From: an uncultured Clostridia bacterium | GTDB taxonomy: Bacteria > Bacillota > Clostridia > TANB77 > CAG-508 | Direction of reading: 5' to 3' | DNA length: 64,000 nt | Assembly: GCA_934167685.1 (NCBI GenBank) | Contig: CAKPLQ010000002.1 | Location: 18,352 to 82,351 of the forward strand | Part shown: piece after piece, positions 12,001 through 17,303 of the stretch | Numbering within the stretch: position 1 is the first letter of the stretch | Layout of the letters: each line of letters starts with the position of its first letter | The notes under the pieces: model-generated | What the model was told of the DNA's origin: nothing | The model's database searches: none | The model's input: only the letters and a program-made list of their open reading frames with translations | Program-made: the position numbers and the translations under genes

Positions 12001-13041
12001 TTAAGAGATTCATCTGGAGCAGCTAAATATAATAATGGAGACAAAGTATTAAAATATAATTTATATAACCAAAATGCTACAATATCAGAAAAAGTTACAA
12101 CTACAGATGGAAAAACTGCATATTCAGTATATGAAAATCTATCAATACCATTCTCATTTAAGGGTGCATTGCAAGAACAAAAAACTGAAAATTCAGAAAT
12201 AATTCAAGATACTAAATATTATGACAAAATTACAGGTTTAGCAGTAGAAATTACTGACGAACATGGAGAAAGAATAAAAGCTCCAGAAGTTCAAAACTTA
12301 AAACTTGTAGACAACACAGAAGTCACAGAATATACACCAGGTGCAGATGGAGTAATAAGAGTTCCACTTGCTGATGGATTATCAAAATTGCAGAATTCAT
12401 ATACATTGTCACTAAGTCAAAATAGTGTTCCAGCAGGACAGTATATAGCTAAAGTTTATTTCTTCTCATCATATGATGGAAAATACTATGGAGGAGAAGA
12501 AAAAGAAACACAAGAAATTTATATAACATTTATAAATAAGTTGCTAGGTTTAGCTGGTCTAGAATCAGTAGATGGTAGCAGAATTATAAGTAAAAATACT
12601 CGTTTAAATTTAGACGGTGGAGATGGATTAGACTTAACAGTAAAAGTTGGTTCACCTACATATGATACTAATATAAGAGTAGAGTTATATAAACGTAATC
12701 CAACATATACAGTTTCTGATGATGGAACAACAACTTATAGTTCAATAAGTTATACAAAAGTAGATTTAAAAGATTATCTACAAAGCTTAGATGGAAGTAC
12801 GTATAAGACTCCAGAAGAGTGTGAAGGACAGAATTTGGTTACTTCTGATGGATGTAAAGAGTACATGATAATGGAGAAAAAGGAACACCCAGAAACTACA
12901 GAGCAAAATGTAGAAACAATAAGTTATGAAAATGCTATAAAAGAAAATATCAACACAGGCGAGTACAAGTTAGTGTTTAAAGCATATTATAACAATACTT
13001 TAATACAAACAATAAGGAAAACATTTATAGTAACACCTTAA
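1..13041 (+). CDS. Giant repetitive cell-surface protein / putative adhesin (5'-partial, >4346 aa in window)
   Basis: The frame is open from nt 1. YVKPEFTYNK.. matches the internal 'D(Y/F)I(K/R)PExxYxYS' module junction, so the gene continues upstream. Stop TAA is at 13039-13041. Many modules are marked by 'VDVVDP(V/I)W' or 'DFxxPxxxYxYS' junctions and '(T/S)DKY(F/Y)' strands. It also carries an LRR block and a Gly-rich beta-helix block. No LPXTG or C-terminal hydrophobic anchor was seen. Confidence 0.85.
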   Translation, partial: YVKPEFTYNKMDTTIVHGNGEKVEVTFDVTDKYFDKTTLTKTDGTYDASQITVSIDDYDVTALNKSIKKELTKVEDITATVNGEERKVGERYQLTITGLDQKDENGVGDGFKYSGYMTLLFKAGAISDKSGNTSDATSITIGRNEPGGSDSDKEIVDVVDPVWSVSNADTTEGTIKLRVSDKFLIKDKSTFKLTADDITVLTNGVASTEITKQLTGPEEIVADQVYEYTLKLGNITPEIEGYTEFTPTEPIVGGTAKYKNENGGNIDIKISAGTVIDAYTNATNEQTLAIGNIDGTGPEVYLVQKTQDADASKDTIIFNVTDKNYNPEDPVTLDEISIWVDGKQVDDEITKTILSTVPIKAMIDGSERTVGHQYTVEIADIVETDEEFVATGKAYRELSGTLELRIKAEASRDIAGNTINPATTTLSDFVDYIKPEARYKYSESDIDYNGKTFKMEFDIADKYLNTINLPLENLNILIDGEEPNWDNTGVHGVVKELESTDITAIINGKTKVVGKHYTLTLSHLEQLEKLAGKDTMDYSGVITVAIPANVAVDTSTKGNDATTITSGIDILSGNVNTEAKVVDVVDPIWERVSSTASAANQTATITVKGTDKYFKSSSLTADKIKVLVNGAEVSTNVNVEVGSQVTDVMSSGGKSKIGEQYTVKVSGTGLPKDANQIKIQIQPNTLLDNSNNTNKATDLVVYNTLKNTANENRSDSGFLGSANSTNANVKAIQRAKIDNVTFVNEIPSTVFDKSAKKIVDENNTWDVSAQQDESILAWYETNANGSLKVYIGSDYEIFGNYDSSHLFGYVGNTSICTSTETITNINLLNVSSVQSMYAMFDGTGWYSMTKLDLGDNFDTSNVTNMNSMFWATGRNAMTTLNLGSKFDTSNVTNMGSMFYYTGYNKLTELDLGSKFNTSNVTSMVHMFEKLGHESMETLNLGDKFDTTKVTDMNSMFNETGQKKLNNLELGDKFDTRNVTDMVSMFKWIPLKQLDLKDKFNTSKVTDMRDMFRGLGSNEMALLDLGDKFYTTNVTDMTEMFSYIKTDVLDLGPAFTKIADTNTDMFDGVSTKLNTIYASEQIYLDKNNFKLNTDATESAVEYTRGTINPKYRTEWAKESSKITIDSTDLNKSTISITLRGRTNAEAGVDFTSDVASTLTADKIHVYFDGEEASSVTKAIGAVSTAKNAITGANDVIQVLTLSDFEQALRQQGKEYKEWSGHISLKIDKKTLKDTTYSNQNLQAIDTTGEMLDIVLKETDEVENKTNSNTDGTMFTDYIRPEFTYEYSDTEINYTDKNVKVVFSATDKYFEQSGVSLDNMELLVDGVEPDWTKVEKTLKKKTLDEDITDGTTIYKANGDIYTIVNGKEQKIGERYELKIDKLETKNAEGYSGPLTIAFKENIITDKSGNGNFAKTITIGIDDPGHHEDHKDPVIVDVVNPQWSYGTSAINRIRDGEQADTVTLTIIGSDKYYSSNSLTEDKIKVYVDDNLESSITKQLTQITDTSILKTLATKQKLADVDNLKFVGYKLTLGNFNKINGVTKIVIDAGTIQDESGNKNIETTIFVGNPEWVESGDSTTNPIYPAFRDSIVDFNSPTIKYTYSTVEGTQNPEIDYVAKTLTVKFTVTDKYIRDDSIMNADGSLNSDNIRIKVAGTDLTEQLHTTVKSKAIDEGTEYTFVVSNFELVYNEAEKYKDYSGAVDFVFSADKVDDTSGNKNKATTITLDYDDGDDTDNSIIVDVIDPVIEKTEDNLSKLNVSNGIDRDLTNETGTVSVRIQATDKYLDRGILQDAENVAKIKVKVVKPDGETVYPDTITKQVSQISKQATSITYQITLGNFGENEGVTSVIIPEGVILDKYGNTNRETEVLVGNSTWTESGDANGEYTAFRESIVDFTRPVWEYSTSSITRDRAGETGTVTIKILGRDKYYLKDTLTEKNVSVYVENSANPDKPISTITKTLTKITDTAELNGADTGYILTLGNFGTYDGAVKITLSDNTIRDTSGNGNIITEIPVGNPNWVETDISDSADNPKYTAFRNNIVDFIKPTIKYQYSENANPVIDRENKQVKITFDAVDTNFLESNILSVDDIKQILVDDYDVTETITKELTKSDITDGSGNGIRYTLTLSNFELNSNLEDEIFRRHSGKIEFVIAEGMVKDTSGNTNIETKIIVDNDNGDDKDNYIRADFIKPKLFYKDKFISWAKRYATVTISGTDRFYNFDTTLTADDILIYQLNRDGQYIQRTDLPVTVTPVKTKYGYDFVVRLDEFEEEFKQLKFTIPAGKISDLDGNLNDETDIIVDLDNKKPVWKYVDTDTSAFSSDGKITFDVKGQDTFLDLENSNLTSSDIKILKDGTDITASSSITVTNTGSDEAEVSKSYKIEVTNLNDIGIYSLVIAKDTLIDEFSNKSATTTISFSQSAINSNTDNYKMITYHVTPDFKETHQAYVHELMSINRSGTNAESTTYQASSIGEIYGNGENTLFAEPFTYENGVQKAYSFKGWAVANEKGFSADDATIYNLYEEIPNTVTHLNAVWQEATVIFVSNKGNNSNDGKSPTSPVKDLQTAYSKLDADGKDSTNIVVIMDAIEWNSSDTLTGNATITSLYAGVDYRTQGAELKVSSNINVNGDIIFDNIKLYSSSSTVNDGSDYLANGDYSNVLVTNYGDVILGRGISTPDDKYTFGAVVGGNYKEETTKNTIGLHIFIVEAGRYNDLIVGSSLSNQTTNRKYVTHQIIIGTMKEAVIQHQTAIQTRGARKTYAGNPEITGYLAMGEVEDRCYPYNRDGAQDTTLGYSRYYAITRLYSGTFTGDNSFNKADENASIYLRSINGFNDGIIKLDMYYGLVNGNIYGGSRMATTKDKNDAGQPDVNILNFYGGYAYGNVFGHGDNDTSTGNSVITATGEANVGGGIFGGSNATTVAQGKITGNTNIVVEGSASVQQIYGGSLGVIDGTNINTNTGLITGDTNITFSSLMGTNAIYGGGYNCGVRGSSNINYEVGKTNTIYGGAYQNQVQTATNINIYSGEVNDVSGGNELTTQNQLNTDNASQNTNIVIGEADKNTTPTITGTIYGGGKYDRVGTTEIRLVKTAKILGAVYGGSDSAGITNEANIYLNGITANTIYGGPKTDGFVTNSNIYLQVGTVTDVYGGGYGGTTTTSNVNVDGTSKVTNVFGGSNTNGTVENSNVELKTGTLNNVYGGGNSASVGTANVNLDGMKIDSIHGGSKTAGVSGTTNVVLNSGNVTDVYGGGYDVGATNANVTQKGASVTNIYGGNEGGSGDGGETTDATVNIVNSNATNVYGGNKDKGITRYTTINISGNSTIYNQLFGGGYKTDIGKSGAEGSTTINIAGGNILPEVYGGSNNGVVYGNTNINIGKDAVTDQTLTARAINLKANIFGAGTVVTTDYSETTVNGETHITLDNSAESPITFSGSIYGSGNGNNYTPKSAKDGSTIKIKDFGSSAKTHIMKSIERTGKLCIQDSYLELEGSRDKYNYYKNTSYTLNRITNGLTLLDNSTLYTQRGFNMVGGFESLVTTEENTTTKATATIADGVVTRNVDNRLYTYEGINLIFAKEEGDLANKAGQDIWGDVSGMAFFGMYRTSRTTENKEYDIYAPNYAGTATTNMFANGTYVEGRHKANHNINVDGFYTNVKTDSGKAEPQVIDVTDNGTYYDWIVGAEIVNYNTSLIASTYSSDSMAELSLNFKKFVKDVSYSGTTISVDRVSTNAFSVKAQLMNKLNIPTYADSSEKANYQFGLTMQTTNSGWITKGITNLYTDNNGSFDGDTVYKTDNSGEPGNIIFKLYNSVNVSTNEDLGNMNIVLTGKSKTGEDATAGKVFKIVIAVNIQTRVEELNSDYAASYVPRFTDSIKTELNYTTDSSVDITYVLLENSLQENIYTTGDYRVLSTTSPLPKGTKLTLRDFGQGDDLNKVYYYQIASDTDYDATDNSTGNTRYLYKLSKFIDMGGTSSSGKYEDNNDQYYHSGTGYAMEKYELSIDYMDTGLNTSKLAQETYLELRDSSGAAKYNNGDKVLKYNLYNQNATISEKVTTTDGKTAYSVYENLSIPFSFKGALQEQKTENSEIIQDTKYYDKITGLAVEITDEHGERIKAPEVQNLKLVDNTEVTEYTPGADGVIRVPLADGLSKLQNSYTLSLSQNSVPAGQYIAKVYFFSSYDGKYYGGEEKETQEIYITFINKLLGLAGLESVDGSRIISKNTRLNLDGGDGLDLTVKVGSPTYDTNIRVELYKRNPTYTVSDDGTTTYSSISYTKVDLKDYLQSLDGSTYKTPEECEGQNLVTSDGCKEYMIMEKKEHPETTEQNVETISYENAIKENINTGEYKLVFKAYYNNTLIQTIRKTFIVTP
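2470..3205 (+). repeat. About 9 tandem BspA/DUF285-type leucine-rich repeats inside the giant protein
   Basis: A 25-29 aa unit recurs: L(D/N)LG(D/S)KF(D/N)TSNVT(N/D)MxxMF..., for example LDLGDNFDTSNVTNMNSMF, LNLGSKFDTSNVTNMGSMF, LDLGSKFNTSNVTSMVHMF, LNLGDKFDTTKVTDMNSMF. Confidence 0.7.
8500..10290 (+). repeat. Gly-rich 'xxYGG(S/G)' repeat block, predicted parallel beta-helix, inside the giant protein
   Basis: There are dozens of short units such as NIYGGSRM, QIYGGSLG, AIYGGGYNCG, TIYGGAYQNQ, DVYGGGYGGT, NVFGGSNTNG, NVYGGGNSAS, SIHGGSKTAG, NIYGGNEGGS, EVYGGSNNG. They are spaced about 18-25 aa apart with 'SN(I/V)' / 'TN(I/V)N' turns. Confidence 0.6.
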
Positions 13042-13106
13042 TAATAACTGATTAAACCGAGGGTTTGCAGGCTCTCGGTACAATCAGAATGTGAAAGGAG
13101 AAGAAA

Positions 13107-13974
13107 ATGAGTAAACGTAAAAATGGCAAAAAATTGAATAAAGTAAAAGTTAGTGTATGCATATTTCTTATTGTTCTTATTATTGCAATAGGAGTGTTTG
13201 GTAGATATGTTTATAATGGCATAAGAGAGGCGTATTTTACTTCAAAAGCATTTTATTTTACAAGTGATTTATTAACTCTTAATAATGCTACATATCAATA
13301 TGAAAACTGGGGTGGAGTTGATGCATATGAGATTAATTTCGATTTATACAGTTATGCAAATACTTTGCTTAGATTAAACTATGATTTGGAGTATTCGGTT
13401 TCTTGCGAAACTCCAGATACTGATAAAGTAACTCTACGGAATTAATTCTGTAGATGGTCCAACTTCTACAGATGGTATTATATATGCCAATACTGGAGAT
13501 ACTCCTAATAATGTTAGTAGATTAAAGATTGTGGTAACTCCTAAAAGTCAAATTCAGGAAAATGAAAAAATTACTGTAAAGATTAAGGCTAGTACACAAG
13601 AACCATATAAAAAACAGATTTCTTGTGAAATTACTTTAAGAGTAAAACAGTATACTTTAAATAGTTACATAATCGAAGACGTTCCTAATAGAAATTATGC
13701 AACTCTAAAAATAGTTAATGCACAAGCAACAGGTTTGCCTGTTACTTTGGAATTTGACCCTGATGTGGTAAGAATTGATTTGGCAGATGAGGCTTTTGTA
13801 AATAGAACTACAGGAAGTGAAGAAAAAAATGCAAATGGCTATATTAGAAAGTTTATTTTTACAATGGATAAAGAGTCGGTTAGAAATATTAAATTTTATA
13901 AAGTTGATATGTCTAAAGATTATACATTTCCTTCTGGAAGTGCAACATCTGTAATAAAAGTAATTAACGAATAA
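13107..13974 (+). pseudogene. Frameshifted gene for a secreted protein with a SipW-dependent-type N-terminus (two ORFs, 13107-13445 and 13432/13531-13974)
   Basis: RBS gaaaggag lies upstream. The N-terminus is basic, then hydrophobic, then 'GRYVYNGIREAYFTS'. Frame 0 stops at 13443-13445, and the +1 frame is open from 13432. Joining the two reads naturally: ..SCETPDTDKVT|LYGINSVDGPTSTDG... Confidence 0.6.
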
Positions 13975-14071
13975 TTTTTATTTTTTGGAACTCTAAAATA
14001 TGGCTCAAAATGCGGTATTTGTAGGGTTCCAATAAATAACATATATGTAAGAAATTTATTATAAAAAAGTA

Positions 14072-14100
14072 TAGACTTTTAAAAAAAGTTATGGTATAAA
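14072..14100 (+). promoter_or_regulatory. Candidate sigma-A promoter upstream of 14129
   Basis: -35 tagact (14072-77), 17-nt spacer, and extended -10 tg-g-tataaa (14092-14100). Confidence 0.4.
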
Positions 14101-14128
14101 ATATAGTAGGGAAAAAAGGAGGAAAAGA

Positions 14129-14572
14129 ATGAAAAAGGTAAGAAAAGGTAAAAAAATTTTAATATCTGCAATAGTTATATTTATTGCTATTATTGTACTA
14201 GTTGTGGTATTGGTAGTTAATAAAAGTAAAAACAAAAACGAAAACCAAACACCAACTGAAACAGATACGGTTATCTCATTACCAGATACAACTTATAGTG
14301 ACATGGAAGTTAGCAACATCAGTATGGAATATCTAGCTGACCAAGACAAAACTATGGTTTCATTGTCAATATTAAATACTACAAATGAAAACGTATCAAA
14401 CGAAAAATTAAATGCAATTTTAATTGGTTCTGATGAAAATGTTTTAGGACAAATGGAAACATATATCCAAACTTTAGATGCTGGTGACCAATACAATATA
14501 AGTGTGGTTTTAAAAGGAAATCTAACTGGAACAAAATTAATAAAATTAGAAAAAGTAACTGATAATCAATAG
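14129..14572 (+). CDS. Small N-terminally membrane-anchored extracytoplasmic protein (hypothetical)
   Basis: RBS aaaaggagga. The basic N-terminus is followed by one TM (ILISAIVIFIAIIVLVVVLVV) and a beta-rich ectodomain. It is the first gene of a tightly packed run of genes. Confidence 0.6.
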   Translation: MKKVRKGKKILISAIVIFIAIIVLVVVLVVNKSKNKNENQTPTETDTVISLPDTTYSDMEVSNISMEYLADQDKTMVSLSILNTTNENVSNEKLNAILIGSDENVLGQMETYIQTLDAGDQYNISVVLKGNLTGTKLIKLEKVTDNQ

Positions 14573-14620
14573 GTTTATAGGTAAAACCATATAAAAACCT
14601 AAATAAAATAGTAAGCAAGG

Positions 14621-15463
14621 ATGAAAAAAATGAAAAAAGTACTAGGAACTATATTATTTGTATTATATGCCATAATTGCAATAACTGTAACTGTTTTGCT
14701 ATTATCATATAATGATTATAACAATAGCCAAATCGGTGGCTACACTGTGTATATAGTTAAAGATGATTCTTTAGAACCAGAATATAAGCAAGGTTCTATA
14801 CTATTAATTAAAAGCACAAATGATAAAAATGTGCAAGTTGGTGACAAAATGTTCTTATACAAAGTTATAAATAGCCAAGAGTATGAGGTAATAGAAAGAA
14901 CTTTGGAAAGCAAAAAACAACAAGGAAGACATATAGTTTATTATGTAGAAAATGAAGAAACTTATGCTAATGACTATTTTATTGGCAAAACTAGCGATGT
15001 TGTTGTTATACAAGGATGGGGCTATGTTTTGAATTTGCTAGAATCTAAATGGGGATACTTATTCTGCGTTGTAGTTGTATCTTTACTTCTATTCTTACAA
15101 GAAGTATTTGAGTTAGCAATGGAAATTAAATATGGCGGAGGTAAGAAGAAATCAAAAGCTGTGGAAGCAGAGTTTGAAGAGGAGCCAGAAGATGAAAAAA
15201 ATGCAGGACGTGCTGAAGCGGTTGCACATAAGACTGCAGAGGGTGCGCATAAAACTGCAACAAAAACTACAACAAGGAAGCCTGCAACTAAGACTACTAC
15301 AAGAACTAGAACTACAAGTTCAGCAAGTGCAACAGGTACAGCAAAGCCTAGAACTAGAACTACAAGTTCAGCAAGTGCAGCAAAGAAAGCGGCAACAGCA
15401 ACTAAAACAACAAGTTCAGCCAAAGGAGCAAGTGCTAAAAAAACATCAAAAGAGGAAGAATAA
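14621..15463 (+). CDS. Divergent SipW-type signal peptidase I homologue with a long basic low-complexity C-terminal tail
   Basis: It has the same fold signature as the four clear SipW paralogues: N-terminal TM, 'GGYTVYIVKDDSLEPEYKQGSILLIK', 'VGDKM', and a C-terminal TM (YLFCVVVVSLLLFL). The Ser box is DSLEP rather than GSMEP, and the THR box is not conserved. The tail is T/A/K/S-rich with a duplicated ..RTRTTSSASA.. segment. The start may instead be the second ATG at 14630. Confidence 0.65.
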   Translation: MKKMKKVLGTILFVLYAIIAITVTVLLLSYNDYNNSQIGGYTVYIVKDDSLEPEYKQGSILLIKSTNDKNVQVGDKMFLYKVINSQEYEVIERTLESKKQQGRHIVYYVENEETYANDYFIGKTSDVVVIQGWGYVLNLLESKWGYLFCVVVVSLLLFLQEVFELAMEIKYGGGKKKSKAVEAEFEEEPEDEKNAGRAEAVAHKTAEGAHKTATKTTTRKPATKTTTRTRTTSSASATGTAKPRTRTTSSASAAKKAATATKTTSSAKGASAKKTSKEEE

Positions 15464-16105
15464 ATGAAGAAATTATTAACAGTTTTAGTATTAATAATGT
15501 TAATTATATCTTTGTTCCAAATAGCTAATACTTATGCATTATACAAAGAGCAACTAAGTGGAGATTATTCAAATCTATTAGGTATATGGGCAATAAAAGT
15601 AAATGGAGTAGATATATCGTCAGGTGGGGAAAATCTGACCTTTACAATGACAGAAGACAATCTAACATATTTAGATTCTGCTCATGTAAAGAGTCAAAAA
15701 ATTGCGCCAGGAACGCAGGCGTGTTTTGAGATTATAATTGACCCAACCAACACAGATGTATCTATTCTATATACGCTGGATATACAACTTAATAATGTAA
15801 CAACAGCAAGAATGAGTTTAGTAAGAGTTGAAAACTATTTCCAAAAAGATGGAGAAACAGAGCAAATTACTAATGCAGAAGTAAATACAGAAAATGAGCT
15901 TCATAAACATACTGCAATAATACCAGTAGACAAGATAAACAGCAAATATTTAAATCATGTTAAATTATATTTTGAATGGAATAATGTAGAAGAAAACAAT
16001 GAAGCAGATTCAACATTAGGACAAACCGAAAATGCCAAAATATCAATACCACTAGAAATAAATTTAAAACAATATACAGGAGAAGTGATTAGCAATGGAA
16101 CATAA
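15464..16105 (+). CDS. Secreted TasA-like protein with a SipW-dependent-type signal peptide (paralogue of 21646-22284)
   Basis: The ATG directly abuts the upstream stop. The N-terminus is MKKLLTVLVLIMLIISLFQIANTYALYKE. It shares 'W(A/L)IKVN' and C-terminal '(F)(E/R)WN..(E/D)..N..AD' motifs with 21646. Confidence 0.6.
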   Translation: MKKLLTVLVLIMLIISLFQIANTYALYKEQLSGDYSNLLGIWAIKVNGVDISSGGENLTFTMTEDNLTYLDSAHVKSQKIAPGTQACFEIIIDPTNTDVSILYTLDIQLNNVTTARMSLVRVENYFQKDGETEQITNAEVNTENELHKHTAIIPVDKINSKYLNHVKLYFEWNNVEENNEADSTLGQTENAKISIPLEINLKQYTGEVISNGT

Positions 16106-16616
16106 TAAAATATTTAAAATTGCAAAGAAATGCATAATAAATTTAGTAATATTTTTATTAATGTGCATTGCTATTTTTGCAATATGGGGTTTAATACAAA
16201 TAAATGTGCAGAATAAAGAATATATTAATATATTCGGATATTCAGTACTTAGCACAGAAACTGGAAGTATGGCGCCAACAATTCAAAAAGGTGACATTAT
16301 AATAATCAAAATAGGTGATGAAATAAAGGAAAACGATATTATAACATACAAAAAAGACAATGTGCTAATTACTCACAGAATAGTAAGCATTACAGGAGAC
16401 ACTATTATTGCAAGAGGAGATTACAACAACACTGATGATGAGCCAATAAAGAAAGATGCAGTTATAGGTAAAGAGGTTTTTGTTATAAAAAATGTCGAAA
16501 TATGGAAAAAAGTATTTTCTGATAAAAATGTAATAATACCAATAGTTATAACAGTAATTTTATTTATAATACTAGTTTCATACAAAGAAAGAACAGGTGA
16601 GGAAGATGTTAGATAA
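16095..16616 (+). CDS. sipW: SipW-type (archaeal/ER-type) signal peptidase I
   Basis: N-terminal TM, Ser box 'TETGSMAPTIQKGDIIIIK', His box 'LITHRIVSI', 'RGDYNNTDDEPI', and a C-terminal TM. It overlaps both neighbouring genes. Confidence 0.8.
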   Translation: MEHNKIFKIAKKCIINLVIFLLMCIAIFAIWGLIQINVQNKEYINIFGYSVLSTETGSMAPTIQKGDIIIIKIGDEIKENDIITYKKDNVLITHRIVSITGDTIIARGDYNNTDDEPIKKDAVIGKEVFVIKNVEIWKKVFSDKNVIIPIVITVILFIILVSYKERTGEEDVR

Positions 16617-17184
16617 AAAGAAACTAAAGAAAAGTTTTTTTGTGCTTTTGCTAATAGCAATAATAATAATAATAGCAATAATTTTAATAAGAAAAACATT
16701 ATCTAGATACGAAACAACAGCAAATTCAGACAAAGATGTGGACGTAGCATTTTGGATAATAAATGACGATTTTAAAGCTGGAAAAATCTTGATAAAAGAC
16801 ATCTATCCATCAACAAATTCATTTGACTACAAATTTACAGTATCAAACTTTAAAGCAAATGAAGATGGAAGCATCAGCAAAAGAGCAGAAACAGACTTAG
16901 AATATGGATTGACTTTTACAACTACAACAAATTTACCATTAGAATATCAAATAGAAAAAAATGGAACCATTTTAGATACGACACAAGAAATAATAACAGA
17001 TGAAGATGGAACTTATTATAGAAAAATATCTTTAGATACAGCGCAAATGGCACAAGGAACAGATGTTGTTGATAATTTTGTCATAAAAGTAATATTCCCA
17101 AAAGATAATGATATAAATGCAGAATATTCAGATTTAATAGAATATATAAAAATGGATTTAAATGCAAAGCAAATAGTGGAGTAA
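16606..17184 (+). CDS. Secreted TasA-like protein with a SipW-dependent-type signal peptide
   Basis: ATG 16606 is preferred, with ggtgagga 3-6 nt upstream; the ORF track starts at GTG 16597. The N-terminus is MLDKKKLKKSFFVLLLIAIIIIIAIILIRKTLSRYETT, followed by a beta-rich body. It overlaps the sipW stop codon. Confidence 0.6.
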   Translation: MLDKKKLKKSFFVLLLIAIIIIIAIILIRKTLSRYETTANSDKDVDVAFWIINDDFKAGKILIKDIYPSTNSFDYKFTVSNFKANEDGSISKRAETDLEYGLTFTTTTNLPLEYQIEKNGTILDTTQEIITDEDGTYYRKISLDTAQMAQGTDVVDNFVIKVIFPKDNDINAEYSDLIEYIKMDLNAKQIVE

Positions 17185-17201
17185 ATAGTAGAGTAATAGA
17201 C

Positions 17202-17281
17202 TGCACCGATGGGACCGGTTCTTAACGGTGCAGTAAACATAACGCAAAAATGCACCGTTAAGAACCGGTCCCAAACGTGCA
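17202..17281. repeat. Inverted pair of the 31-nt palindromic repeat (units 17202-17232 and 17251-17281, 18-nt spacer)
   Basis: tgcaccgatGGGACCGGTTCTtaacggtgca ... tgcaccgttaAGAACCGGTCCCaaacgtgca. The inner 22 nt of the two units are perfectly complementary. The pair ends 23 nt before ATG 17304. Confidence 0.85.
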
Positions 17282-17303
17282 AAATGGCTGAAAGGGGCAT
17301 AAA

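Noticed and set aside
12900-13041. Sortase (LPXTG), SLH or hydrophobic C-terminal anchor at the end of the giant protein.
   Set aside because: The C-terminus (..NNTLIQTIRKTFIVTP*) has no LPXTG-like motif, hydrophobic stretch or basic tail.
13055-13082. Hairpin accgag..ctcggt after the giant gene as a terminator.
   Set aside because: - The stem is only about 6 bp with an internal mismatch and no T-run.
- Read-through into 13107 seems as likely as termination.
15022-15467. Alternative-frame ORFs 15022-15423 (-) and 15132-15467 (+) over the tail of the divergent SipW gene.
   Set aside because: - They arise from the low-complexity ACA/GCA/AAG-rich repeat.
- They have no independent RBS.
- The sense frame is continuous with the peptidase domain.
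17016-17300. ORFs created by or running through repeat units: 17016-17300 (-), 40502-40825 (-), 56958-57155 (+), and the 5' extension of engB to 33822.
   Set aside because: - Their 'coding' segments are just translations of the palindromic repeat (..LRTGPIGAV.., ..CTFGTGSLRC..).
- They have no RBS.
- They overlap better-supported genes or intergenic hairpins.
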